A stretch of 64,000 bases of DNA from Parcubacteria group bacterium Athens0714_16 (lineage in GTDB: Bacteria > Patescibacteriota > Minisyncoccia > Phycocordibacterales > 21-14-all-36-13): positions 70,461 through 134,460 of the forward strand of contig VMGX01000001.1 in assembly GCA_007376805.1 (NCBI GenBank), written 5' to 3'. The number at the start of each line of letters is the position of its first letter. The first letter of the stretch is position 1. The position numbers and the translations under genes were made by a program. This document shows, piece after piece, positions 9,341 to 19,004 of the stretch. Under the pieces are notes generated by a model. The model was given only the letters and a program-made list of their open reading frames with translations. It was not told the origin of the DNA and searched no databases.

Positions 9341-10519
9341 TTATTTTTGCCCAATTATTTGGCTCATTTGTTGTATCGCTTCAGAAAGTTCTTCTTGAGT
9401 ATAAAAATTTTTATTATTTTTAATAGCTTCGTCTATCTCACTTTTTCTTGTAATTCCACACCTAAGAGTATTTGGATTACCTCCCGAGTGGTGTATCTGA
9501 TGTCGAATATATGTCAGATCAGGAATATCTGTACGTTCTACGCCTTTTTCATTTACATAGATTCTACTTTTTATATTTCCAATTTTCACATCTTTTATAT
9601 GTTTTTTCTGTTTCTTTTCTAAACAACTGTATAAAAAAATAAAAAGTAACTCATCTTCAATTCCGTTTATCAGGCCTTCTTTTAATACTTCAGTCATCCC
9701 ATTATTTTTCTGAAAAGAAAAAATTTTTTTGTTTAATTGTTCATCTAAGGCGGGAAAAACAAAATATGGGTCATGGGTAGTAATAATAACTTGGTGGTTT
9801 GGAAAACTTGCTATTTTTTCCAAGGTCGAATTCAGAGTTCTTTTTAGTTTGGGATGTAAATAAATTTCTGGTTCTTCAAATAAAATAAGAATTTGTTCAC
9901 CAATCAATGAATTATTTTCTAATAAAACATCCATATACGCCTTTAGAACAGAAAGAATTATCAATCTTTGTGTTCCCTGCCCAATTTCATTCAAGTTTCT
10001 CTCTTGTCCTTCTTCATTAACGACAATTTTGTCTATAAAAGATTGTATGATTATTTTTGAGTCCAATTCATTATTAGTAGGGTTTATATTGATTTTGTGT
10101 GTATTACACCCAGTAAAACTTTCAAGATTGATATTTGTTTTGTCTTCTGTATTTTTTAATATTTTTTTAATATTTTTTGAAATGTTTTCATCCAATTTAA
10201 TTTTTAAATTAATGTTTGAAAATAGTTTTGATAAGCTTTCTACCAACCATGTCGTTTTGGCCGTATGCTTCAAGACATCTTCGGATGGTTTTATATTTTC
10301 AGCTTTTATATAAATAATTTGTTCGTCTTTTAGTTTTATTTCTTCATCAAGATCATTAACAAACTTTGTGTTTTTACCAATAATTTCGTTTATAAAATTT
10401 GTTTTTCCAGAATTATTTTCTCCAGTGATTACAGTAATTTGTCCTAGTTCTAAAATAAAATTTTCAGGAATAGTTTTATTTTGTTTTGTAATTTCTATTT
10501 TTTTTATCATGTTATTCAA
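9341..10519 (-). CDS. ABC-type (AAA_15/OLD-like) ATPase with C-terminal HEPN-like motif
   Basis: GENNSGKT Walker A, IGQGTQR signature, FEEPEIYLHP Walker B/D-loop, TTHDP H-loop, YIRHQIHH. Confidence 0.75.
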   Translation of the reverse strand: MNNMIKKIEITKQNKTIPENFILELGQITVITGENNSGKTNFINEIIGKNTKFVNDLDEEIKLKDEQIIYIKAENIKPSEDVLKHTAKTTWLVESLSKLFSNINLKIKLDENISKNIKKILKNTEDKTNINLESFTGCNTHKININPTNNELDSKIIIQSFIDKIVVNEEGQERNLNEIGQGTQRLIILSVLKAYMDVLLENNSLIGEQILILFEEPEIYLHPKLKRTLNSTLEKIASFPNHQVIITTHDPYFVFPALDEQLNKKIFSFQKNNGMTEVLKEGLINGIEDELLFIFLYSCLEKKQKKHIKDVKIGNIKSRIYVNEKGVERTDIPDLTYIRHQIHHSGGNPNTLRCGITRKSEIDEAIKNNKNFYTQEELSEAIQQMSQIIGQK

Positions 10520-10619
10520 AATGGTTTATAATATTTCTATAATACACCACAACAAACTTGACACAAGTGCAAAAACCCTTTAAAAAGTTGAAAGATTGTG
10601 AATACCTGTGGATAACTAT

Positions 10620-11867
10620 TTATTCTAATTTGATTTTATACCACTTAAATAATTTTTCTAAGTCAAAAATAATACCAACCTTTTCAAGATGTTTTTTTCG
10701 ATTCTCAAATAAATTTTTAATAAAATCCTTTCTTTCTGTATCAACCGCGAGATGAATTTTTCTATGACAATTTGGACAAAGACAAATAATATTTTCTGTA
10801 ATATCTATACTAACATCAAATCTTTTTCTTTCAGAAAATGGTATCAAATGGTGCGCTTCAACATAATTTTTATTATTTGATTTTGAATTAAATGTCATGT
10901 GAGCATTATTATATTCGCATAAATAATTACTATTCTTTTTTGAAAATTCTTTCATGTTTTGACTAGAAAACAATATTTCATCGTCTGTATCTAAATCAAA
11001 ATTTTCTTTTTTCCATTCTTCAATAATCTTTCTTTTTTCTTCAAAAGAAAACCCTTCTTTTTGTAATTTTATTGATAAATTGCTTATTTTTAAGTTTCTG
11101 TTACTTATATTTTTTTCTGATATTTCAATATTTTTGTATTGTTCATCTACGAAGAAAAAATTTGATCTTAGTTTCCCTTTATTATTTTCAATTTCAGATT
11201 TATAATAATCTATTTTAAATGGCGTAAATAAACCAAATTTACTAATATAATAAAAAAGTGGCAATCTAAATTGGTCATTTTTCCTAAAAGATTTTTTTTG
11301 GACTAATCTTGGATTGTAGTTAAACACAGCTCCTATAATATCATTGTATTTGGTTAATTTTCTTTTTATCAACATAGGAGTTTTTTCTATTATATCCATA
11401 GAAATAAATCTATGATTAAAATCAAGTGAACCCCGAGCATCAATGGCTCCTGTAAAAAACATTGTTTTATATGTATCGTCTATATCTATAAGCCATTTTT
11501 CTATAATCCCGTATATATAAACTGACAGATCAACTGTGTTTGGTATTAACAAATCATTTTCTATCACAATAGATACTCCGTTTTTTATTCTTTGACTTTT
11601 ATCTTGTAAACTTGACCTGCTTATATCTTTATTTAATATGACCTCATAGTCATCACCCAAAAAATTTTCTAATTTTTTCTTATGAAGATAATAATATTCA
11701 TTGATGTTTTTCTCTAGTTTATTTTTACTTCTTTTTCCTTTTATGTATGCACTGTATGCTAAAATTTTATTATCATTCAATATAATAAAATGAGCATATA
11801 TCATTCCAAGAACAAAAGATGTTTGTATATTAGTATTTTCTATTTTTAATAACTCACTGAATTTCAT
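10620..11867 (-). CDS. HNH restriction endonuclease (type IIS, MnlI/HpyAV/HphI-like organisation)
   Basis: C-terminal EAHHLIP...NIICLCPNCHRKIH; directly downstream of two MTases. Confidence 0.75.
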   Translation of the reverse strand: MKFSELLKIENTNIQTSFVLGMIYAHFIILNDNKILAYSAYIKGKRSKNKLEKNINEYYYLHKKKLENFLGDDYEVILNKDISRSSLQDKSQRIKNGVSIVIENDLLIPNTVDLSVYIYGIIEKWLIDIDDTYKTMFFTGAIDARGSLDFNHRFISMDIIEKTPMLIKRKLTKYNDIIGAVFNYNPRLVQKKSFRKNDQFRLPLFYYISKFGLFTPFKIDYYKSEIENNKGKLRSNFFFVDEQYKNIEISEKNISNRNLKISNLSIKLQKEGFSFEEKRKIIEEWKKENFDLDTDDEILFSSQNMKEFSKKNSNYLCEYNNAHMTFNSKSNNKNYVEAHHLIPFSERKRFDVSIDITENIICLCPNCHRKIHLAVDTERKDFIKNLFENRKKHLEKVGIIFDLEKLFKWYKIKLE

Positions 11868-11882
11868 ATAATTTTTTAACTT

Positions 11883-12563
11883 TTAAAATAACTTTTCTTG
11901 AATGTCATAATCTTTGATTCTTTTTTCCGTCATCTGACAATATTTTTTATTTATATCACCAACTATAAAATTACGAGCCTTTTTCTTACTTGCTACAGCT
12001 GTTGTACCAGAACCAACACAAGGATCTAATACAATATCACCTTTATTTGAACTCACATCTATTAAATATTCAAAAAGTTTCAATGGTTTTTGAGTTAAAT
12101 GTATTTTACTGCTACCATTCGGCATTTTTATAACTGTATTTTTATATTTTTCATTAAATGTTGCTCCTCTTTTTTTAAAATATATAAAAGATTCTACACC
12201 ACTAAGCCAAACGTGTTTTGAATTCATAGGACTGGGATTGGTTTTTTCCCAAATCATGAGACGAACAGAATAATTTTTGGAATTAAAATAATCAAAAATT
12301 TCTGATATCTGTTCTTTACCACAAAAAATATAACCACTACCTCTTGTAACTCTGTCTATCTCTACCAAAAAATCTCTTAATTCAAAGGTTTTTTTATTTG
12401 CTTCTCCTTTATCTAAATTTCTTAATCCGTTTGATTTTTTATTAACTTTTTCATAAGGTATATCAGTTAATACCAGATCAATAAAATTATTATCAATCAT
12501 TCTTAATAACAAAATTGCATCTTTTTGGTAAATCTTATTTAACTGAATGGTTTCTTTTTTCAT
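11883..12563 (-). CDS. N6A/N4C DNA methyltransferase, beta class
   Basis: DIPY catalytic motif before HLTQKP and DPCVGSGTT. Confidence 0.85.
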   Translation of the reverse strand: MKKETIQLNKIYQKDAILLLRMIDNNFIDLVLTDIPYEKVNKKSNGLRNLDKGEANKKTFELRDFLVEIDRVTRGSGYIFCGKEQISEIFDYFNSKNYSVRLMIWEKTNPSPMNSKHVWLSGVESFIYFKKRGATFNEKYKNTVIKMPNGSSKIHLTQKPLKLFEYLIDVSSNKGDIVLDPCVGSGTTAVASKKKARNFIVGDINKKYCQMTEKRIKDYDIQEKLF

Positions 12564-13593
12564 ATCTTAATATATGTTTTGCAATTGCTTCCCCAAGTAA
12601 CGGTGGCACAGCATTCCCTATTTGTTTTATAATTGAAGACTTATTCCCAAAAAATATAAAATCATCTGGAAATGATTGAATTCTTGCCGCCTCTCTGGGA
12701 GTTATTGCTCTATGTAAAAATGGGTGTGAATTTTTTCCATTAGAAGGGGTATCAAATCTTGTTACAATAGTTGGACTGGGTTTATTTTTTTCTAATCTAC
12801 CCCATGTTTGTCCAAAAGTTGATGATATTTTTTCACTTAGAAACTCCTTTCCTTTCTCTGGTGGAATTCTTTTTAATCTATCGATGGCAATTTCAGAGTG
12901 TTTTGTGGCAACATGATTAAATAACTTTTTTGAATTTTTCCTCATTTTCTTTTGATACTTGCTTCTAGATTCTATTTTATATTCTGACTCAAAATTACCA
13001 TCGCCAGAATTTAAATACGACAAATCTGAGATTGCTTCCCAAACAGTAATTTTTCTATTAGTATTTTTTTCTGGCAACAAAAGTTTATCTTTTAATGATC
13101 CTATAAATATTGCTCTTTTTCTGTTTTGTGGAACCCCAAAATCAGAAGCGTCCAAAATACCAAAAGATATTTTATATCCAACCTTTGTTAATTCATTTAA
13201 AATTTGTTTTTTAAAATATCCACCTTGTTCTGTTAAAATAGTAGGCACATTTTCCATAACAAAATAAGTTGGTTTAAAAAATTTAATATATTTTATATAT
13301 TCTTTGAATAAAAAATTTCTTTCATCGTTTAATCCAGCTCTTTTTCCTTTTAATGAAAAGCCCTGACACGGTGGTCCACCAATAATTACATCTACATTTT
13401 TTATTTTCGATTTGATTTTTTGAGGTTTTATATTTCTTATATCTCCAACAAATATTTCCGTATTTTTATGATTTCTTTTCATTGATTCAGCAATCATTTT
13501 GTCATATTCCAATGCACCGACAATACAAAAACCCGCCATTTCAAAACCACGGCTTAATCCACCAACACCAGAAAATAAATCCAAAACTTTCAT
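12535..13593 (-). CDS. C5-cytosine DNA methyltransferase
   Basis: DLFSGVGG, GPPCQGFS, ENV, QNRKR, GNAVPP. Confidence 0.95.
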   Translation of the reverse strand: MKVLDLFSGVGGLSRGFEMAGFCIVGALEYDKMIAESMKRNHKNTEIFVGDIRNIKPQKIKSKIKNVDVIIGGPPCQGFSLKGKRAGLNDERNFLFKEYIKYIKFFKPTYFVMENVPTILTEQGGYFKKQILNELTKVGYKISFGILDASDFGVPQNRKRAIFIGSLKDKLLLPEKNTNRKITVWEAISDLSYLNSGDGNFESEYKIESRSKYQKKMRKNSKKLFNHVATKHSEIAIDRLKRIPPEKGKEFLSEKISSTFGQTWGRLEKNKPSPTIVTRFDTPSNGKNSHPFLHRAITPREAARIQSFPDDFIFFGNKSSIIKQIGNAVPPLLGEAIAKHILRYEKRNHSVK

Positions 13594-13809
13594 TTTTTAA
13601 TAATTGTATCAGAAAAAATTTATTACTACTTCATTTTACCATTTTAAAATAATTATAAAAACAAAAACAATCGTCTTACTGCGATTGTCTTTATAACCTC
13701 TAGATTAGCTCTGCGCTTAGACCGTACTCACTAAATCATAAAATTATCCAGCAATATACAAACGGTTTGGCTCTCAGGTGGTCTCTAGAATTTTTAAGTT
13801 AAATATGTC

Positions 13810-13977
13810 TTACACTAAAATAGCATATGGAGCATTTATCCTAGTCCACATTACAGATTTTTTAGCATTTTCTAAAGAAGAATAACCTTCGCTCCAACAA
13901 ACAATTTCTCCATTAACAGCCTTTAGATGCCAGTGGTATAGTTTATCTTTACCAATATAAATTTCAAATTTAATCAT
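13810..13977 (-). CDS. YegP/DUF1508-family small protein (55 aa, not in the ORF track)
   Basis: Hand translation MIKFEIYIGKDKLYHWHLKAVNGEIVCWSEGYSSLENAKKSV...; fits FEI..D..W.LKA.NGEI...SEGY pattern. Confidence 0.8.
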   Translation of the reverse strand: MIKFEIYIGKDKLYHWHLKAVNGEIVCWSEGYSSLENAKKSVMWTRINAPYAILV

Positions 13978-14252
13978 GTTAAATTTTAATTTAATTCTTA
14001 TAATTTTACGGCCCGCTCACAAAAACAAAAAACGAGACCATTCGGCCTCGTTTTTTGTAAGATAATTTTTAAAAAAATTCAAAACATGGTCGAAGGTAGC
14101 TAATTTTTTGGTTCAAATCAATTTTTTTGTTGTTGAACCTTCGATAACTAAGTCTCTTTTTTAATTTTTAATGAATCGTATAGGGCATTATACCATACTC
14201 AAGCAAAAAATGCAAGTAAATTTATTCACAAAAATAGAAAAGTATTTACGCT

Positions 14253-14672
14253 CTACCCCCTTGAAATTGAGTTAATGATTTTATAAACACAAAACAAAGA
14301 AAGCAGTATTGGAATTAAAACAGATATTCCAAAGGCAACCGCAAAAAGAATATGTTGGAAACTTCCTATAACTACCACTCCGTTTGGTTGGAGTGTAATA
14401 GTAAATATCAAAAAAATATAGGGGATAAACGAACCTAAAATTATACGATTTATATAAATAAGATTTTTTTCTGATAAATTATTTTTAGAGAGTTCAAAGA
14501 AAAAATAAGAAGTTACATATAATGCTATTGGAAGAAAAAATTCAACAAATGTTTCAAATTGTCTCCCCGGAGAATAGGACATAATAGTTGGAAACAAAAG
14601 AACAACAACAAGAAGCGTTTTGAATCTATTTTGGATGTCATTTAATATTTCTTTTTGTTTTTCATTTAACAT
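14253..14672 (-). CDS. Hypothetical four-TM membrane protein
   Basis: Hydrophobic ORF downstream of a repeated promoter module. Confidence 0.6.
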   Translation of the reverse strand: MLNEKQKEILNDIQNRFKTLLVVVLLFPTIMSYSPGRQFETFVEFFLPIALYVTSYFFFELSKNNLSEKNLIYINRIILGSFIPYIFLIFTITLQPNGVVVIGSFQHILFAVAFGISVLIPILLSLFCVYKIINSISRG

Positions 14673-14905
14673 ATTATTCAGTGCACCAATATCTATATTC
14701 TACCACTTTGAAAAAAATTGAATAACATCATCTCCACGTCCCACAAAACCTTTAAAAACTCCCAAAATCTCTATACAACCATTTAATTAAATGATTGAAT
14801 ACAAAAAAACTATTCAATTATTTAATCCTGCCCCGTAGCCCAGCCCCGGGCTGGTGGTACTGGGGTGGATTAGAGAAAGTATCCGTATCCTCTAAAAACC
14901 CCATG

Positions 14906-15211
14906 CAACCATTCAATTGAATTAGAGAAAGTATTTCTCAACATTATTTTTGTCTGTTTTTGTATACAACCATTCAATTGAATTAGAGAAAGCATCCGTA
15001 TTCCCCCAAAACTTCTATACAACCATTCAATTGAATTAGAGAAAGCATTTCTCAACATTATTTTTGTCTGTTTTTGTATACAACCATTCAATTGAATTAG
15101 AGAAAGTACCCGTATCCTCTAAAAACCTCCATACAACCATTCAATTGAATTAGAGAAAGCATTTCTCAACATTATTTTTGTCTGTTTTTGTATACAACCA
15201 TTCAATTGAAT
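14906..15211. repeat. Array of CAACCATTCAATTGAATTAGAGAA with alternating 61/53-bp periods
   Basis: Copies at 14906, 14967, 15020, 15081, 15134, 15195; two spacer types alternate. Confidence 0.95.
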
Positions 15212-16136
15212 CTTTATCTCTTGAATTACTATCTGCAACAAACAAGGTCAAAGCTGTAAGAGTTGGCGGTGTTAATTTAGATAAATTTAAAATACCGGCT
15301 TTTTTCAAAAACCATATAAAAGCATACGCTCCCGTTCTTTTGTTTCCATCAACAAGCGGATGATTTTTTACTATAAAATATAAAATGTGTGCAGCTTTTT
15401 CTTCTACTGTAGGGTATAAATCTTTTTTATCAAACGATTGAAAAATTGAACCAACAATTCCTTCTATACTTCCATCAACACGTTCTTGTCCAAACAAATC
15501 ACCCGCTAAATTCTTTTTAGTAAGTTCTTTTTTAAAATCAGAAAAAGCATTAAACAATTCTTGAGCTACAAAAACTATTCGTTTTTTAGTCGCACCTTTT
15601 TGTGGTAAATAAGATTTGTCGTAGGCGTCAAGCGACAACCATGTGTTTGCAAAAGCAGAAATCAATTCAATCATACTGGCATGATCAACGCTTGAACTCG
15701 CGGGAAGTGAGTGCTTAATATTTTCAACCGCTTTTTGAAATTGCGTATAGTTTTTTGCAATTTGTTTTTTGTTTATTACATAGCCATCAACAATATATTG
15801 ACGAAGTGTTTTGGTTGCCCATTTACGAAATTCAATCGCTACTCTCGAATTTGTTCTATAACCAATTCCTAAAATAACATCGAGTGAATAAAGTGTGATT
15901 GGTTTATCAGAATTTGCATTATGCATTTTTTGCATATTGCTTTTTTCTTCAATTTCACCATCTCTAAATATATTCTTTATGTGACGAGATACCACAGATT
16001 GATCAACACCAAAAAGATCCACAATTTGCGCTTGCGTTGCCCAAATAGTTTCGTGTGTAAAATCACCTTTTAATTCTATGGAACCACTTTTGGTTTGATA
16101 TACAACAATATCTTTAGTTTTTTTAACTTTTTTCAT
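15150..16136 (-). CDS. RhuM/Fic-Doc family protein; C-terminus replaced by repeat sequence
   Basis: RhuM N-domain (IWATQAQIVDLF..GYRTNS..FRKWAT) and Fic motif HPLVDGNKRTG. Confidence 0.85.
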   Translation of the reverse strand: MKKVKKTKDIVVYQTKSGSIELKGDFTHETIWATQAQIVDLFGVDQSVVSRHIKNIFRDGEIEEKSNMQKMHNANSDKPITLYSLDVILGIGYRTNSRVAIEFRKWATKTLRQYIVDGYVINKKQIAKNYTQFQKAVENIKHSLPASSSVDHASMIELISAFANTWLSLDAYDKSYLPQKGATKKRIVFVAQELFNAFSDFKKELTKKNLAGDLFGQERVDGSIEGIVGSIFQSFDKKDLYPTVEEKAAHILYFIVKNHPLVDGNKRTGAYAFIWFLKKAGILNLSKLTPPTLTALTLFVADSNSRDKDSIEWLYTKTDKNNVEKCFL

Positions 16137-16225
16137 TTTTTTATATAAAAGTATTTATATTCTACCACTTTGAAAATTTTTTAAAAAATTTGAATAACCC
16201 TCCAAATTTTCTAAAAACCTCCATA

Positions 16226-16899
16226 CAACCATTCAATCCTGCCCTGTAGCCAACTTGTTGTGGTACTGGGGTGAATTAGAGAAAGTATCCGTATCCTCTA
16301 AAAACCTCCATGCAACCATTCAATTGAATTAGAGAATACATCCGTTAAGTTTTTGTATATAACCATTCAATTGAATTAGAGAATAGAGAGAACGGAAAGG
16401 AAACAAAAAATAAATCGATGCAATAACAAACTACAACCCAAAAATTATAAACCTGAGATTATGTTTGAAATAAAATTTGGCAACGATTTTGATATTGAAT
16501 AATAAACGAGTAAGCTTCTCTGATCAGGTGAGAGTATTTCAACGGCTTCCAAAAGTTTTATATGTTTTGAGGTGGCTTGAATAGAAATCTTTAATTCCTC
16601 GGCTATGTCACCCACCGATGCTTCGCCTTCTTTTTTAATAAATGAAATAATTGCTAGCCGACGATAATTCGCCAACGCCTTGATTGATCTCTCTAATTTT
16701 TTAAATTGTTTTGCTTCAATCATTTTTTATATTTTTAACTTTTAATATTCCAAAAATATTTTTTGTTTTTGTAATTAATTCTAAAATATTTTTACTGAAT
16801 ATATTATATCTCTCAAAAATCCACCATACAACCATTCAATTGAATTAGAGAATACATCCGTTAAGTTTTTGTATACAACCATTCAATTGAATTAGAGAA
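16226..16899. repeat. Further copies of the 24-bp repeat flanking the ArsR gene
   Basis: Copies at 16226 (interrupted), 16313, 16360, 16829, 16876; block 16313-16383 is duplicated at 16829-16899. Confidence 0.9.
16445..16723 (-). CDS. ArsR/SmtB-like winged-HTH protein
   Basis: KALAN.RRLAII...SVGDIAEEL.ISIQATSKHIKLL. Confidence 0.85.
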   Translation of the reverse strand: MIEAKQFKKLERSIKALANYRRLAIISFIKKEGEASVGDIAEELKISIQATSKHIKLLEAVEILSPDQRSLLVYYSISKSLPNFISNIISGL

Positions 16900-17043
16900 A
16901 GCATTTATAAAAACGCCTGCTCGCCTTTGGAGAGAACGGGTAATTAAATTAGAAAATAGAAAGAAAATAAATCTATCCCCCTATTCGCTACAATTAGGGG
17001 ATAGATAATGCAAAAAATAAACGGGTCTATTTTTAAAAATTTT

Positions 17044-17886
17044 CTATAAAAAATACATATCTTGTCCATAACCACCAACACCAATATATTCTGCCTCGCC
17101 TTTCAAAATAGATTCGTATGGCTTACAAGCAAAACATCCTTTTTCTCCGCGAGGACAATTGAAAATTTCTTTTTCTCTGGCCTCTTTAACTTTTAAAGCA
17201 ATCGCAAGCACTTTTTCTTTGGCTTCATCAATATTTGGCAATTTCATTTCTATTGGTTCGTCATCTTTATCAAGATACCAATATGATGCTCCTGAAATTT
17301 TTCTTTTTTGTAATGCATTTAAAAGCAAGAGGTAGATTGGAAGCTGAAGTGAATCTTCGGCTTCGTCATTTTTACCAGTTTTAAAATCAATGATACGAAC
17401 ACTGTCATTTTTTTCAACATATTCCAACCAATCAATAAGCCCACAAAGTATTATATTTTCATCTTCGGAAAGATAAAAATTTGGTGGCATATTATTATGT
17501 CCATCTTTTATTTTTACAGTTTTTCTTGCAATAGGTCCCGGATTTTTTATAACCCGTTCTATCATTTCAACTCCTCTTTTTTTAAATTCATTTTCTTCGT
17601 CATCATTTTTAAATCCGCCTTTTTTACCAGATACTTGCGACCAAGCATTTTCAAAATCGGCTAAAAAATCTCGCTTCATTCTTTCTTCAACTGGAATATT
17701 TTTTGATGATTCAAGTGTGGTATGCACTGCCTGACCAAGAGAAAGATACGGATTAACTATATTTATTTTTCTCCCAGTTTTTGGGTCTTTATAAATATTG
17801 TGCAAATAATAAGCCCGTGGACATTTCAAAAAATCCCCCATTGAAGAATGCGATACCCATATTGACTTGTATTTATCTGGCGTCAT
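17044..17886 (-). CDS. PD-(D/E)XK nuclease, RecB/Cas4-like with Cys cluster
   Basis: SHSS...CPR, GLIDW, IIDFKTG, QLPIY, C-terminal CPRGEKGCFAC. Confidence 0.85.
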   Translation of the reverse strand: MTPDKYKSIWVSHSSMGDFLKCPRAYYLHNIYKDPKTGRKINIVNPYLSLGQAVHTTLESSKNIPVEERMKRDFLADFENAWSQVSGKKGGFKNDDEENEFKKRGVEMIERVIKNPGPIARKTVKIKDGHNNMPPNFYLSEDENIILCGLIDWLEYVEKNDSVRIIDFKTGKNDEAEDSLQLPIYLLLLNALQKRKISGASYWYLDKDDEPIEMKLPNIDEAKEKVLAIALKVKEAREKEIFNCPRGEKGCFACKPYESILKGEAEYIGVGGYGQDMYFL

Positions 17887-18095
17887 TGTTTTAAATAATT
17901 ATTTATATTTTACCACTTTAAAAATTTTTTAAAAAATTTGAATAACCCTCCAAATTCCACAAAATTCTTTAATTCTTTAATTTCTCTATTCAACCATTTA
18001 ATTAAATGATTGAATACAAAAAAACTATTCAATTATTTCCTACAAAAACGGACGAGTAATTAAATTAGAAAATAGTTTCTGGTATTAAATATAAT

Positions 18096-18460
18096 AAAAA
18101 CCCGCTTCTCTCGGAAGCGGGCATGGCCACAAAGGCCTAGGGTCAAACCATGTAGTGTGGAATTTGTTCGTTTCTGCTCGTCCTCAAATCCAGGACCCAA
18201 TCTGGTTATCTGATTTTCGAGACAGTACAACCCTTAAACAATTCCGAATGATCGAGTGTTTCACTATAATTTTAAATATTTCATTTCGGGTTTGCACTCC
18301 ATATTTAAAATTTCTAGCTATCCCTGTCTAGCGGGAACCCATAGGAACCTAAGTAAAGATTTTCATTCTCTCCCCGTCCCATGAGAGAGAACATCGATGA
18401 ATTTGGGACAAAAGTCCATATCACTATTCTTATTTGTCCCATCTAAGAATAATGAACCGT
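18096..18460 (-). ncRNA. Candidate ~360-nt structured RNA
   Basis: TTGACA(18489-94)-16-TGcTATAAT(18467-72); terminator GCCCGCTTC/GAAGCGGGTTTTT; multiple hairpins; no ORF of 60 aa or more. Confidence 0.55.
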
Positions 18461-18505
18461 AGATACATTATAGCAGATACAAAAAATGTGTCAATACGCA
18501 AAAAT

Positions 18506-18796
18506 TTAATCACTCAAATATTTGTGCATAGTAGTATCTTCCGGTATTGTCCATGCTCCTTCACGCAAAGGAATGATGAGTGTCTTTATATAAAAAACTC
18601 TCATGTTTTTATACCGTCTTGATTTTTCTATAACAACGGTACAAACATCTTTTTCATCGGCAGAAACTAATTCTGCAAGTTTTTTTGCATTGGAGTTCAA
18701 CATATCAACGATTTCCTTCACATAAGGAGAATTGTCAGTATATCCGACAACCCAAAATAATATTTTTTCAGAAAGTGAATAAAAAAGATTTTTCAT
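18506..18796 (-). CDS. Hypothetical protein
   Basis: ORF with own TTGACA/TATTAT promoter-like sequence; no motif recognised. Confidence 0.55.
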   Translation of the reverse strand: MKNLFYSLSEKILFWVVGYTDNSPYVKEIVDMLNSNAKKLAELVSADEKDVCTVVIEKSRRYKNMRVFYIKTLIIPLREGAWTIPEDTTMHKYLSD

Positions 18797-19004
18797 TTCA
18801 ACACCTACTTTTGTTTATATTTTATTGAACTTTTCGCTGTATATAATACATGAATATATTATTTTGTCAATATTTAGTAATAGGTTTTCTCATTCTCTAA
18901 TCCAATTTATCCCGTAGCCAACTTGTTGTGGTACTGGGACAGGATTAGAGAATGGAAAAAACAAAAAAATTATGAATTAAAAATCTCATTAAGAGCTTTT
19001 TAAT

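Noticed and set aside
14870-15091. 73-aa ORF
   Set aside because: It is only the translation of the tandem repeat.
14906-16899. CRISPR array with nearby Cas4
   Set aside because: Spacers are reused (two types alternate) rather than unique, repeats are split around genes, and there is no cas1 or effector; the PD-(D/E)XK gene looks stand-alone.
18096-18460. tmRNA or RNase P RNA (similar size)
   Set aside because: No tRNA-like ends and no GAGGAAAGTCC / P4 signature found on either strand.
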